Shown in pieces: positions 1 to 12,100 of a stretch of 44,693 bases of DNA. Under the pieces are notes generated by a model. The model was not told where the DNA came from and did no database searches. It worked only from the letters and a program-made list of their open reading frames with translations. This stretch comes from Amoebophrya sp. A120 (Eukaryota; Protista; Dinoflagellata): contig CAJINV010000026.1 of the NCBI GenBank assembly GCA_905178155.1, positions 64,973 to 109,665 of the forward strand. The letters are read 5' to 3'. The position numbers and the translations under genes are program-made. Every line of letters starts with the position of its first letter. Positions within the stretch are counted from its first letter, which is position 1.

Positions 1-170
1 AGAATACAATTTTTGCTACGCAGAGAGGACATTTGTCATGCGGACTAGGCATCAAGATGCCCTCAGAAAATCTGTGATGCTAGGGCATGCATCACAGACA
101 TCATGGGTCATGGAAAACCTGCATGACAAGTCTCAGAATCTTCCAGACCCAGACACTTTTACATTTGATA
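1..170. mobile_element. TIR introner, family A (truncated by window edge)
   Basis: Ends CTTCCAGACCCAGACACTTTTACATTTGATA. Confidence 0.85.
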
Positions 171-3100
171 AAGCGACGCTTTATGCAGTTTCTCGTCCTC
201 GGCGAGTTCCTGTAGCCGCTGCGTTAAGAGCATCCGCTCGATGGAAGATCCGTATTTGTCCGTGTTGTTTGTGGAATTTGTCGCGTTTTTTTGCTGCAGC
301 AAGTACTGGTGCTTGACCGCTTCCAAGTCTTTATCTTGAATCAGCTTTTGAAACGGCGGATCGGATTCCAAGGCTTGCAGGAATCGCTTCTATCATTTGT
401 AAAAACGTCCCCACACCAGAGTCAAGATCGGAAGTCTGCTAGACAAATCAGCCAGCGTTGGTTGTTTGGCATGACAAGTTTGTATTCGTAGTGTAGTTAT
501 CCTGTTTGGGTAGTTCAGCAGCATCACAGATCTAGTATATCATTGCTGATCATAGCATCACAAATTCCAAAACACAACTAGAAAATGCTTCTCTTGGCGC
601 TCCGCATGACAAACTTTTCTGGCATGCAGATTTGCATGACAACTCTGGGGTGGACACGTTTTTACTCAGAATAGCTTCTTTTCGTTGCCCATCCGCATCA
701 GGTAGAGTCTGCTGTCCTCCAGAATCTGCAACACCCGACCGCTCTTCCGACTGATTTTGTGAAATTGCAGTTCCAAATTCAGCGAGTCGTAGTTGAAACT
801 GGTGGAGAACAGCTCCTGCAAGGCGATTTTCGAAAGCGACAGGGAAAGCTCCTGCGCGTCGTAGCTCTTGGCGCAGGACTGTAAGCGTCGGATAAGATAT
901 GCAGAAAAGAAACTGCGTAAGCGTGTACTTTCTAATGAAGGAATAGCATGACAAGTTTGCCTTGCATGACACAGAAAACCTGTCATGCGTAGCTAGTACG
1001 TGAAAACACGTATGAAGCCAGCCTCTGACGCATGTCCAGCATGACAGGTCTAAGTGTCTTGCATCGTCTGGGCCTGCAACACAAAGTTACACTTACACAG
1101 TGTTTTTCTTGGATATCAAAACGTCAGAAACACCGCGTAAGCCGTTTCCTTGAAAAGATTTGTTGTTCAACAGCGCGGAGATCCTGCCCGCCTTTGACAG
1201 CTGTTTCTTCACGTGCCCGATCGTATTCGCGAGAACGGTGGGGGATTCGTGGCTGTTCATGCCTCCAGTTTTCGACTTCGCGTACAAAGCCGCTGTTTGA
1301 TATTTTGATACCACGAAATCGAGGTCCGCCAAAGCGTGCAGTTTGATCAACGTCGGGTAAACCCGTTCGTAGGACAGCTCACCAGAGGTGATCGACACCG
1401 TTTTCAGCAGAGCGACCTTGCAGGTGTCCAGCAAATCGTAAAACCGATCAAATTTCTTTTCGTGCACGGCAAGTAAGCATTTCCCGATCTGCACTTGGAA
1501 GTCCTCATGTTGGGAAGACAAGCTCCCCGGGCCGTCGTAGTGATACACCAAGTTGTATGAATTGCGAAAATGTCTGGGTCTGGATGATTGCCAGATTTGT
1601 CTTGCAGGTTTTTCATGACCCATGAGGTCTGGTATGTAGGACATAGCATGACAGATTCTGCGAGACCTTTCTAATCCCTATCCTGCATAAGAAACTGCCT
1701 CTCGATTAGGTCAAAAGTGCAGAAGTTTTGGCAATCATGCAACACAGTTTTTTGCCTGATTCAGATTTAGCATGACAAGTTGCAATCATCCAGACCCAGA
1801 CATATTTGCATTTGATAGGTTCTGGTGTAAGTTTTCATAAAAGCTGTTTCGCTCCCGTGGGTTCTGTATCAAATGCAAAAGTGTCTGGGTCTGGAAGAGT
1901 GCAGACTTGTCATGCATATTTTCCATGCCCCAAGAGGTCAGGAATGCAGGATCTAGCATGACAGATTCTGCGGCGTCTCTATCATGCCTATCCTGCATGA
2001 GAGACTCCCGCTCATGTTGGTCAACAAAAAAGGACAATTTTTGGTGATCACGCAACACAGATTTTTCTGTGATCCACAGGACGCATCACAAATTCCATCC
2101 TCCCAGACCCAGACACTTTTGCAATCCATATTCTGATTGCCAGAACAATTCGGTGCTGACGCAGACGCGGCTAAACTGGTGGAGGAGAAATTTGCAAACC
2201 CGCCTGGGTTGACCGAACTCGCCGTGCCGAACGCCCCCGGCTTGTTAAAATTCGTTAAAGATTCTTGCTGCACCCGAATGACCTGCTGGCGGATTTATCA
2301 AATGTAAAAATGTCTGGGTCTGGAAGAATGCATGTTTGTCATGCTTGTCTGGCATGACTCTTAAATCTGTCACGCACGTTACCCAAAAGGTCCACTTTTC
2401 TGTGATGCAGAAACGCAGATTGTCATGCAGAAAAGGCAACACCTAGAAGCTCAGAAACTTGTCATGCTGAGCCAGCACTTGTGGCCTCATCATGAGACGC
2501 CGCCCAGCATCACAAGTTTCCAGACCCAGACATTTTTGCATTTCATAGGATCTGTTGTTGAATGATATTCGCCGCGGATTTCTTTCCACCGCCAGCATTT
2601 GGAGGTACTCCGCCGCCCGCATTGAAGATCCCTCCGATGGAGCTATTAAACGCTGGGCTTGCGTAATTCGAAGTGATGTAGCTGCCCGCCACATTGAACA
2701 GCTGCGACGTGTTGCCGCCGTGGGCGAGGTATGCATTGCAAAAGCATCGCACTACGTATAGATTGCATTACAAATTTGCTCAGCGTGAGAACTGGAATTT
2801 GTCATGCTTTTTTACCTTAAGCACAAGATTTGTCATGCGTAATTACAATTAGTACGAGTGCGATACTTTTGCACAGGATACAAGACCCATCCCAGAATTC
2901 CGGCTGTTATACTCGTGGGTCGTGATGGCCCCGAATTGGACCGATTTCTTCACCGGCTGTCCTGTGGAGGGCTGGTTTAACATATTTCCGCCGTCGGAAA
3001 GGTTCGGCTTCAAGGCACTGGAGCTACTACCCCCGCTGGTCGTTGTCCCGTTGTGTAACATCATCCCTGGCGGCTTGATGTTCGAAGCAAGCTCCTTCTG

Positions 3101-6100
3101 CTTCTCTTTCTGTTGCGCCGCCTGCTCCTTCGCCAAGGTGGGGAGGAAAGCGCTTGTTCCTGTGTATCAAAATGAAAAATCCCCCCTCCCCATATCAAAA
3201 GAAAATCAGAGAAAATTTCTGATGCTGGATTTGCGTACACAAATGAGGTCTGTCTTGCGGTAAAGAATTCTGGGCAGATTCTTAGGCTGTTTAGGTGCGC
3301 AAGGGTCTAGCTGTTTAGCATGGGAAACGCCTGCCCCGTAGGCCAAGCAGCATGACAAACCGCATCCATAATGCGGCGCATCCCTCACCGCTTGCCTTTT
3401 TGCAAGACAAAAATGATTTGTGATCACAAATCTGCATCACAAATTTCGGAACGGATGCCTTCTCAATACGGGGAGGGGGGATTTTTCTTCACGATACTGT
3501 GGCGTAACTCTTCTGTGCGGAATTGCCCGCGGACCTGATATGTTGGGAGGAAAGTAAAGGTGCGTTAATCTTCACACGCCTAATTCATCCTCTTCGCATT
3601 GATGCAAGTACCCAAGTCAGTGTGGCCCCAAGTAGAGTGTCCGCTGTGGACGACAAAATAATCACATGGAAATGCCTCAGCGACTCTGCCAGCGGTGGGG
3701 GTGAGTCCCACACTCTCGGCGTGGTTCAAGGACGCACAAACAACAAAAAGTATCCAAGCCGTCGTGGTATGGAGATCATTTCTCTCCTGGCCTGGGCGAC
3801 AACTCTCCGCGCCAGCTGTCCAAAAAATGACTGCGGGAGCTCATGCGAGACGCCAAAATGCGCAAGGCATGTCGCCCGAAACAGGGGCGGACGTCTGTGA
3901 CTTAGGCAACGGGAAATATTTCAAAACAAGAGAACGCCCAAAAGTTGAGCAGTTGGCGCTTTTTGATAAACGCGACCCAACGGCGCACCCTTGTGGACCG
4001 CTGGGCGACCGCTCATTGTCGCAGCGGTCACCAAGAGACGCGCCGTCCCCCCGTGCTTCCGTTTTCTTGCAACTCCAGAACTTTTCTGCACACAAACCCA
4101 AAACGAAACCCCCAAACAACCAAAAATATACAAACCTGCATGGCACGGAGGTCATTTCTCTGTTGGCCTGGGCGACAAGGCTCCGCGCCAGCTGTCCAAA
4201 AAATGACTGCGGGAGCTCATGCGAGACGCCAAAATGCGCAAGGCATGTCGCCCGAAACAGGCGCGGACGTCTGTGACTTAGGCAACGGGAAATATTTCAA
4301 AACAAGAGAACGCCCAAAAGTTGAGCAGTTGGCGCTTTTTGATAAACGCGACGGGACGGCGCACCCTTGTGGACCGCTGGGCGACCGCTCATTGTCGCAG
4401 CGGTCACCAAGAGACGCGCCGTCCCGCCGTGATTCCGTTTTCTTGCAGCTTCAGAGCTTGTCTGCACAAAAGCCCAAAACGAAAATCCCAAACAACAAAA
4501 AATATACAAAGCTGCATGGTATGGAGATCATTTCTCTGCTGGCCTGGGCGACAAGGCTCCGCGCCAGCTGTCCAAAAAATGACCGCGGGAGCTCAAGTGG
4601 TAGACCAAACTGCGCAAGTCATGTCGCCCGAAACAGGGGCCAAGCCCTGTGATTTAGGCAACGGGCAACATTTCAAAACAAGAGAACGCCCAGAAGTTGG
4701 GCAGTTGGCGCTTTTTGATAAACGCGACGGGACGGCGCATCCTTGTGAACCGCTGGGCGAGCGCTCATTGTCGCGGCGGTCACCAAGAGACGTGCCGTCC
4801 CGTCGTGATTCCGTTTTCTTGCAACTTCAGAGCTTTTCTGCACACAAGCCCAAAACGAAACCCCCAAACAACCAAAAGTATACAAACCTGCATGGTACGG
4901 AGATCATTTCTCTGCTGGCCTGGGCGACAAGGCTCCGCGCCAGCTGTCCAAAAAATGATCGCTGGCGGAACTGCCAGCAGCCAAAAGTGATCAAAAAGTT
5001 GCCGCAAAGCACGAGGGCGGTCTGCGTTTTCAAAGATGCAGCAAGATCTGCGATGCCAAAAAAATGCGAATGTCCCGAATTTCCCTCCTGTTGTCAATCA
5101 CGAGCGAACGGCTTCCGCTAGCGGACCGCACACAGCGGAAGCCGCACGAAACATAGAAACATGAAAATCCCACAAATAGAACAAGAAGTTGAATACCTAG
5201 ACAAACTCGCATGCGCCTTGAGTTCCTTTCTGATGTTTGGCGGCACAAAGGCCCGACTGTGTTCGTTCATCATGTCATCCGAGTCCGAGTTTTCATCGTC
5301 TTCTTCATCTATCTTCCTAAATTTTGTCCCAGATAGGTTCGTCGCCAGTTTGTTGCCCCCCGCCCCGCGCAGCCCCGACCCCTGCAGGTGCCTTGGCGAA
5401 TGATCCTGCTGAAAGGATTGTTGCCTCCGGAGCTCCCGGGGCAGTTTAGAGTTCGTGTCTGCCTCGCGTCTCTCTGTGTCGCCGAGAATCGCCTGTTGCC
5501 GCATCAGGACTCGTCTGTGCTTCTTCGTGCTGTTCGGGATATGCGCGATATCGTGCGAAAAAAGTGCTTCACTAGAGGAATTTATATTTATTCAGCGTGA
5601 CTTTCGCATCACTCTACTTCACAAGCTTGCTCTACATGAAACAGAATGGAATTTGCCACGCGAGGTTCCACCTACGGGAATAAAACAACGGCGTAGCAAT
5701 CCACTGTCTTACGTCATGTGTAGCGAGACAAACACTTCTGGTTCTGCGATGTAACATTTTCCACCTCCGCACCTACAAGTTTACAGTGAAGCCAAATTAT
5801 TTCTTTGCGATATTGCAATGCGCTCGATTCTTGCTGTCCTGCCGAAAGCGCCGACCCGGGGGATTGCTTCGAGTAGATCCCAGACTCGTGTTTCTGCAGG
5901 GTGGAAAAATTGATGGCATTCTGCAGATTTTTGGAGCTTTTTTCGTTAGAGTCGAACACCTTCTCCGTAGCTGCTTGCTTCCCACCGTCCGATGGTGTGT
6001 ATCACATGCAATTGTGTCTGGGTGTGGAAGGATGCCAGACTTGTAATGCTGAAAGCTCATGCTCCCAAACTTTGTATTGCGTGTTGCAGAATGCTAGTGC

Positions 6101-9100
6101 TAGTTTTGTGTCATGCAAAAACGCAGTTTCTCATGCGTATTTCACCACACAGGACCGTTCAAAAATTTGTCATGCTTGGATGCGTACTCTAGTCATTTTG
6201 TCACTCATGTATTAGCATGACAAGTTTCAACATCCAGACCACACCCAGACATATTTGCAGTTGATAGTGTGTCGGGGATCACGATGACCTCGTTGTCCGG
6301 GTTTGGCCGCTTCAATGAAGTCTATCTTGTGCAAAAACGTCCCCACCCCAGAGTTGTCATGCTAAACAAAATAATTTGTAATGCGCTTGCGCAGCTCCAT
6401 GAGCGGCATTTCCAATCGTGTTTTGGAATTTGTAATGCTATAAACAGGATGACAAAGTGGCTGTCTCATGCAGCTTCCCTGGCTAACCAGCACTACACTG
6501 CAGAGGCAAACTTGTCATGCGCAACTCCCACAACTTGGAGATTTGTCTAGCAGATTCCCCATCTTGATTATGGGGCGGGGACGTTTTTACTCAGGATAAA
6601 GTCGAGGAATTTGTCATGCCCTGCTGCATCTGCGGCTCCTGATTACCAGGACTATGGGGCTCTCAAACGTTACATTTTCAACTGTTACATGATTTGTCGT
6701 GCAAAACTACCATGAGCCACCAGACAATCAAGCCACCTCGCATGACAAATCCCCGAAGGGCTAAACAGCCCCTAAATCTGTGCCGGATTTGTGATGCGAG
6801 AGTTGCAAGCTTGCCCCTTTCACTATTGCGGTTCTTGCAGCACAACTTCATGTAACAGTTGAGAATGTAACGTTTGGGAACGCCATAAGGACCACCGGCG
6901 CCTTGTAGTGGTAGCACCGATGGGGCGTAGGGCGACGCGACCGCACCTGGAGGCATGTTGGTTGTTGTGTTTCTACCGAACAAGTTTGGCAGAACAGCCG
7001 CACCGGACCTCGTCATCTGCTGTTGCTGCGCATTCGTTCCAGCATTCATTCCAAAAACCGACTGCTGCGCGAAGGTGGACGGTTGCTGCATACTTTGCAA
7101 CCCGCCCCCGAACGCCTGCGCTCCGTGATTACCTACCCCTGGAACTGCAACTGGCGCGCCACCAGGACGCTGCATCAGCGACTGCGCTTGAAGATGTTGT
7201 TGCCCAGGAAATTGAAAGCTGTTTCCAGTTTGATAGTGCCCGAAACCTACGGCGGATCTCCGTCTGTGGTTGTAGTCGGCTGGGTTGTTGCTCAGCGCAG
7301 GCTGTATTAACCCTTGATTGCCGGCACTAGTGCCCAGCATGCCAGGCACCATCCCCGGAAGAGGATGGCCATTTTGTCCCATCACCAAGCGATTGACAAC
7401 GGGTTGGTGGAGGTTTATTTGCTGTTGATGCCCGACAAACCCAGCACCGAATTGCGCGGGTTGCGGATGTTGCACCAGCATTCCGGGCTGCAGTGGTTGC
7501 TGCGGCATGTTATTTCCGAGGCTGTAGGCTGGTTGGTGGGCGACGCCAACGTTGTACGAAGAAGATGATCCACCCGGGTGGTTGTGCGCAAGAAACTGCT
7601 GATGATGTCCACCGCCGCCCTTGACTCCAGCATAAATCACCCCGCCCTTCTGCTGCTGCATCTGCATCTGCTGGCTGTTGGTTAAGACCATCGTCCCTCC
7701 GGGGTACTGACTTCCTCCGGCTAAGCTTATCCGGCTGGCTATCAAAATGAAAACTTCCCCCGCCCCATACAGAAACTGGAAATTTGTGATGCTGATTTGC
7801 GACCACAAGTCGCGTTGTCATGGTAGAAGGGACGAAAAGGCGCGGACTGTAGTGACAGGAGGCAACTGGAAGTGGGAAACAACATGACAAATTGCCTGGA
7901 GACAAGGCCGCAACCTCTGCGTCTCTTGCCCTTCTAGCAATACAAGCAGATGCGTGCACGCAAATCCAGCATCACAAAGTTCCTGTCCGATATGGGCAGG
8001 GATGTTTTTCCTCACAATAATGGCGTTCAGCGAGGTGTTTTGTTTCAGCTCCTCGTCGCGTTCCTCTTCCAGATTCAGCCCGTGCTTCTTCATCAGCGTG
8101 TTGTCCACGAAGAGGGAGATATCAAGAGAAAAAAGCGCCACAGTTACACACTCTGATGGGACGAGACAAGCAAGACAGACAACCTCTGTGGTCATGCAGG
8201 AAATTCTTGTTGCCAACCCCATTGGATTCGTGTTTTCCCGTACAGGTTTTCTTTGCCATGTCGAGCTGCAACTTTGTGGTGCAGAAACTCCTCCAACGAA
8301 TGATGTGTATACTGTAACACTTTTTTCCTGTGATAGGAGATCTCCTTCGTCAAAGGGTTGTTTGCGTTGTCCGGAATGGAGTTGGTGTCGTCCGGGATGT
8401 ATCAAATGCAAAAATGTCTGGGTCTGGAAGGATGGAACTTGTCATGCTGTCTTTGGATTCGAAAAAAATCTGTATTGCGTAAGCAGCGAGAGGAGTCCAG
8501 TTTCTGCTACGCGGAGGGGGTATTCCTCAAGCGGTAGACGCATCGGAAAGCCCTCACAAAATCGGTGAAGATGCTGGGTCATGCATTACAGGCGTCATGA
8601 GTCATGCAAAATGTGCATGACAATTCTTCCAATCTTCCAGACCCAGACACTTTTGCATTTGGTAGGATGTCTTTGATCTCCCGGTCGAAGCTGTACCACG
8701 GCCAGCCTTGGTGCGGATCCGTGTCGCGCTTGGAAATGAGATCGCCCAGAGTGTCCCAGCTGGACAGCCGCCAAGCCGCCTCGGCTGCGTATTTGGACAA
8801 AAACATCGCCGCCGCGTCGGCGGACGTGAACCCGTTTTGGTCGATATAGTTTTCCGGGTGGAAGTTCTGGAAACTGGTGTTCTCCGCTTCTGTGGTCTGT
8901 TCCGTGGTAGAGTGGTGCTATTGAGCGGAAACGCGCGCTGCCCTGCTTATTTCCATAGGTACTGACTCGTCTCTCAAAAGCAACTACAGGCGGCCCTTCT
9001 TGCGCCAGGTCAGAGAGATCGAGGGCACAGAGAGCTAGGCAAGAGGGACAGGGGCGCCAGGCGCTTCCCTCCCGCTGCAGCTTCGACAAAAACCCAAGGG

Positions 9101-12100
9101 GGCGGGCCACCCACTCGCGTGGCAGGTCGACAAAAACCAGGAGCGAGGGGCCGCCTTATAGGCATTCCGACAAAAACCAAAGGGGTGCGCCTTATGGCTA
9201 TTCCGACAAAAACCCAAGGGGGCCGGCCACGCACTCGGGTGGCAGTTCGACAAAAGCCAGGACGGAGGGGTCGCCTTCTCGGCATTTCGACAAAAACCAA
9301 AGGGGTGCGCCTTATGACTATTTCGACAAAAACCCAAGGGGGCCACGCACATGCGTGGCCCCCTTGGGTTTTTGTCGAGCAATCGCCCCCAAAATCGCCG
9401 GGCTCCGAACCTGTTCTGCCTGTTCCGGGCTTTTCGCAACCCCGTCCCAGCTCTGCCGGCGTCCCTTCAACTGGAAAAATTGCCGGGAAGACGATTCTCA
9501 GCGCTGAGAATCGTCCCCAAAATCGCCGGGCTCCGAGCCTGTTTTGCCTGTTCTGGGCTTTTCGCAACCCCGTCCCAGCTCTGCCGGCGTCCCTTCAACT
9601 GGAAAAAATGCCGGGAGGACGATTCTCAGCGCTGAGAATCGTCCCCAAAATCGCCGGGCTCCGAGCCTGTTCTGCCTGTTCCGGGCTTTTCGCAACCCCG
9701 TTCCAGCTCTGCCGGCGTCCCTTCAACTGGAAAAATTGCTGGGAAGACGATTCTCAGCGCTGGGAATCGTCTCCAAAATCGCCGGGCTCCGAGCCTGTTT
9801 TGCCTGTTCCGGGCTGTTCGCAACCCCGTCCCGGCTCTGCTGGCGTCCCTTCAACTGGAAAAATTGCCGGGAAGACGATTCTCAGCGCTGAGAATCGTCT
9901 CCAAAGTCGCGGGGCTCCGTGCCTGTTTTGCCTGTTCCGGGCTTTTCACAACCCCGGGCGGCCCAGCTCTGCCGGCGTCCCTTCAACTGGAAAAATTGCC
10001 GGGAGGACGATTCTCAGCGCTGAGAACCGTCGCCAAAATCGCCGGGCTCTGAGCCTGTTTTGCCTGTTCCGGGCTTTTCGCAACCCCGTCCCAGCTCTGC
10101 CGGCGTCCCTTCAACTTGAAAAATTGCCGGGGAGACGATTCGCAGCGCTGAGAATCGTCTCCAAAATCGCCGGGCTCCGAGACTGTTTTGCCTGTTCCGG
10201 GCTTTTCGCAACCCCGTCCCAGCTCTGCCGGCGTCCCTTCAACTGGGAAAATTGCCGGAAAGACGATTCGTAGCGCTGCGAATCGTCCTCAAAATCGCCG
10301 CGCTCCGTGCCTGTTTTGCCTGTTCCGGGCTTTTCGCAACCCCGTCCCGGCTCTGCCGGCGTCCCTTTAACTGGGAAAATTGCCGGGAAGACGATTCGCA
10401 GCGCTGAGAACCGTCTCCAAAATCGCCGGGCTCCGAGCCTGTTTTGCCTGTTCCGGGCTTTTCGCAACCCCGTCCCAGCTCTGCCGGCGTCCCTTCAACT
10501 GGAAAAATTGCCGGGAAGACGATTCTCACCGCTGCGAATCGTCTCCAAAGTCGCCGGGTCCCGAGCCTGTTTTGCCTGTTCCGGGCTTTTCGCAACCCCG
10601 TCCCAGCGCTGCCGGCGTCCCTTCAACTGGAAAAACTGCCGGGACGACGATTCTCAGCGCTGAGAATCGTCTCCAAAATCGCCAGGCTCCGAGCCTATTT
10701 CGCCTGTTCCGGGCTTTTCGCGACCCCGTCCCAGCTCTGCCGGCGTCCCTTCAACTGGAAAAATTGCCGGGAAGAAAATTCTCAGCGCTGCGAATCGTCT
10801 CCAAAATCGCCGGGCTCCGAGCCTTCTTGGCCGCTTCCGGGCTTTTCGCAACCCCGTCCCAGCTCTGCCGCCGTCCCTTCAGTTGGGGAAATTGCTCGGC
10901 AGACGCTGCGAACCGTCTCCGGAACCGTCAGAATTAGGCCGCCGGCCGCAGCTTGCCGGCGTTCCCGACCCCCTGCCCCGCTTCTCTGTTTTTGCCCCTT
11001 CCTGCGTGTTTTGACTTTCGAAGACCGCAACCCGCGCGAAGGCTTTATCCAGTAGCGCGAGCTGGCAGGCGATTCTACTTACAGTTGTGGGCTTCGCTCG
11101 GGTCAAGCTACGCCTGGCCTGGAGTTTTCAGCGCACGGACGCAAAAAACGAGCACAAAAGCTGAGCGCTTTTCTGCTCGCTTTCAACAAAAAGGGGCCTG
11201 CGCGTGCTGATCAAGCATAACCACGGGACCTAGTTCATCCATCGAAGAAAATATAAGTAAGTACGCATGACCAAAACCTCCCTCTCAGTATCTATACAAG
11301 GGCACGCGCCGTCTTTCCGATCGGATAGGTCACCTGCGTTGGCCAAATCGTCGGAAACCAGCGGTAGGACAAAAGATCCCGCGTTCATTGCGCTTGCCGG
11401 TGTGGCGTTTCTCGCGTTCCGCGGGCGGTCCATGCCGAAAGCCGGAGAGGAAGCGTCCTCGAGGCTCGGAAACAGCAGTTGTGGGGTTCGCTGCATATAA
11501 TAATTACCCGGATGTTGCTGCTGGTGTTGGAAGGTGACAAACTGACCAGTTGGGCCGCCCCCGCCCAGTGAAGCAGAACCAGCAGGTACCGCAACGCTCT
11601 CCAACATCAGCTGGTGGTTGTTCAGAAGCGTCCCTCCGCCCGCACCGAAGCCATTTGCTGGTGCAACGCCGAACCCACTTCCGAATTGCAACAGCATTTC
11701 CCCGTCGAACCTTACGTTGGAGCAAGTGGATAAGCAGTTCTCGTAGTGCCGGCTTGCCAGCAGACACCGCACCACGCCCGACCACAGCGACGGCATCTTG
11801 TGCTTCGGCTCCGTCGCGAGTCTTCGGAGATACAAGTGGAGCGCGTCCTGCCACTTTTCCTGCAGTTCTGTCCTCAAAACCGCGATCACCGGGCCGGAAA
11901 CCTTGCACAGCTTCAAAGCACCAAGAGCGTTGTCTTGATTTTGCAAAATGCGGTGCAGCCGCTGCAAGTTAAACGCCGCGGCTTCATCCAAATCCGGCTT
12001 CCCGAGAAGAAATTTCGACCAGCGGGTCAATATGGCGTGCCCACATGTTAGTCGTGTTACAACCTCAACTGTTACAATAGAATCTGGATTTTGTCCTGCA

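Larger units (their letters stand above)
8918..11277 (-). other. Probable canonical intron containing 120-bp and 128-bp repeats
   Basis: Acceptor CAATAG|CAC; donor GAG|GTTTTG chosen by phase, approximate. Confidence 0.5.

Noticed and set aside
391-673. TA-duplicating Tc1/mariner MITEs or Paramecium-type TA-bounded IESs
   Set aside because: The TA is part of the TIR; the duplicated sequence is a variable 5-mer outside it, and retaining a TA would not restore the frame.
1556-2547. CRISPR-like pattern of recurring CCAGACCCAGACA repeats with unique spacers
   Set aside because: The repeats alternate in orientation, are irregularly spaced and are the TIRs of introners; the apparent spacers are in-frame exons; no cas genes.
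9010-11106. Long ORFs in repeats (for example 9119..10273, 384 aa; also those in 3523-5121 and 19521-22317)
   Set aside because: Translations of satellite units whose lengths are not multiples of three; intronic and not protein-like.
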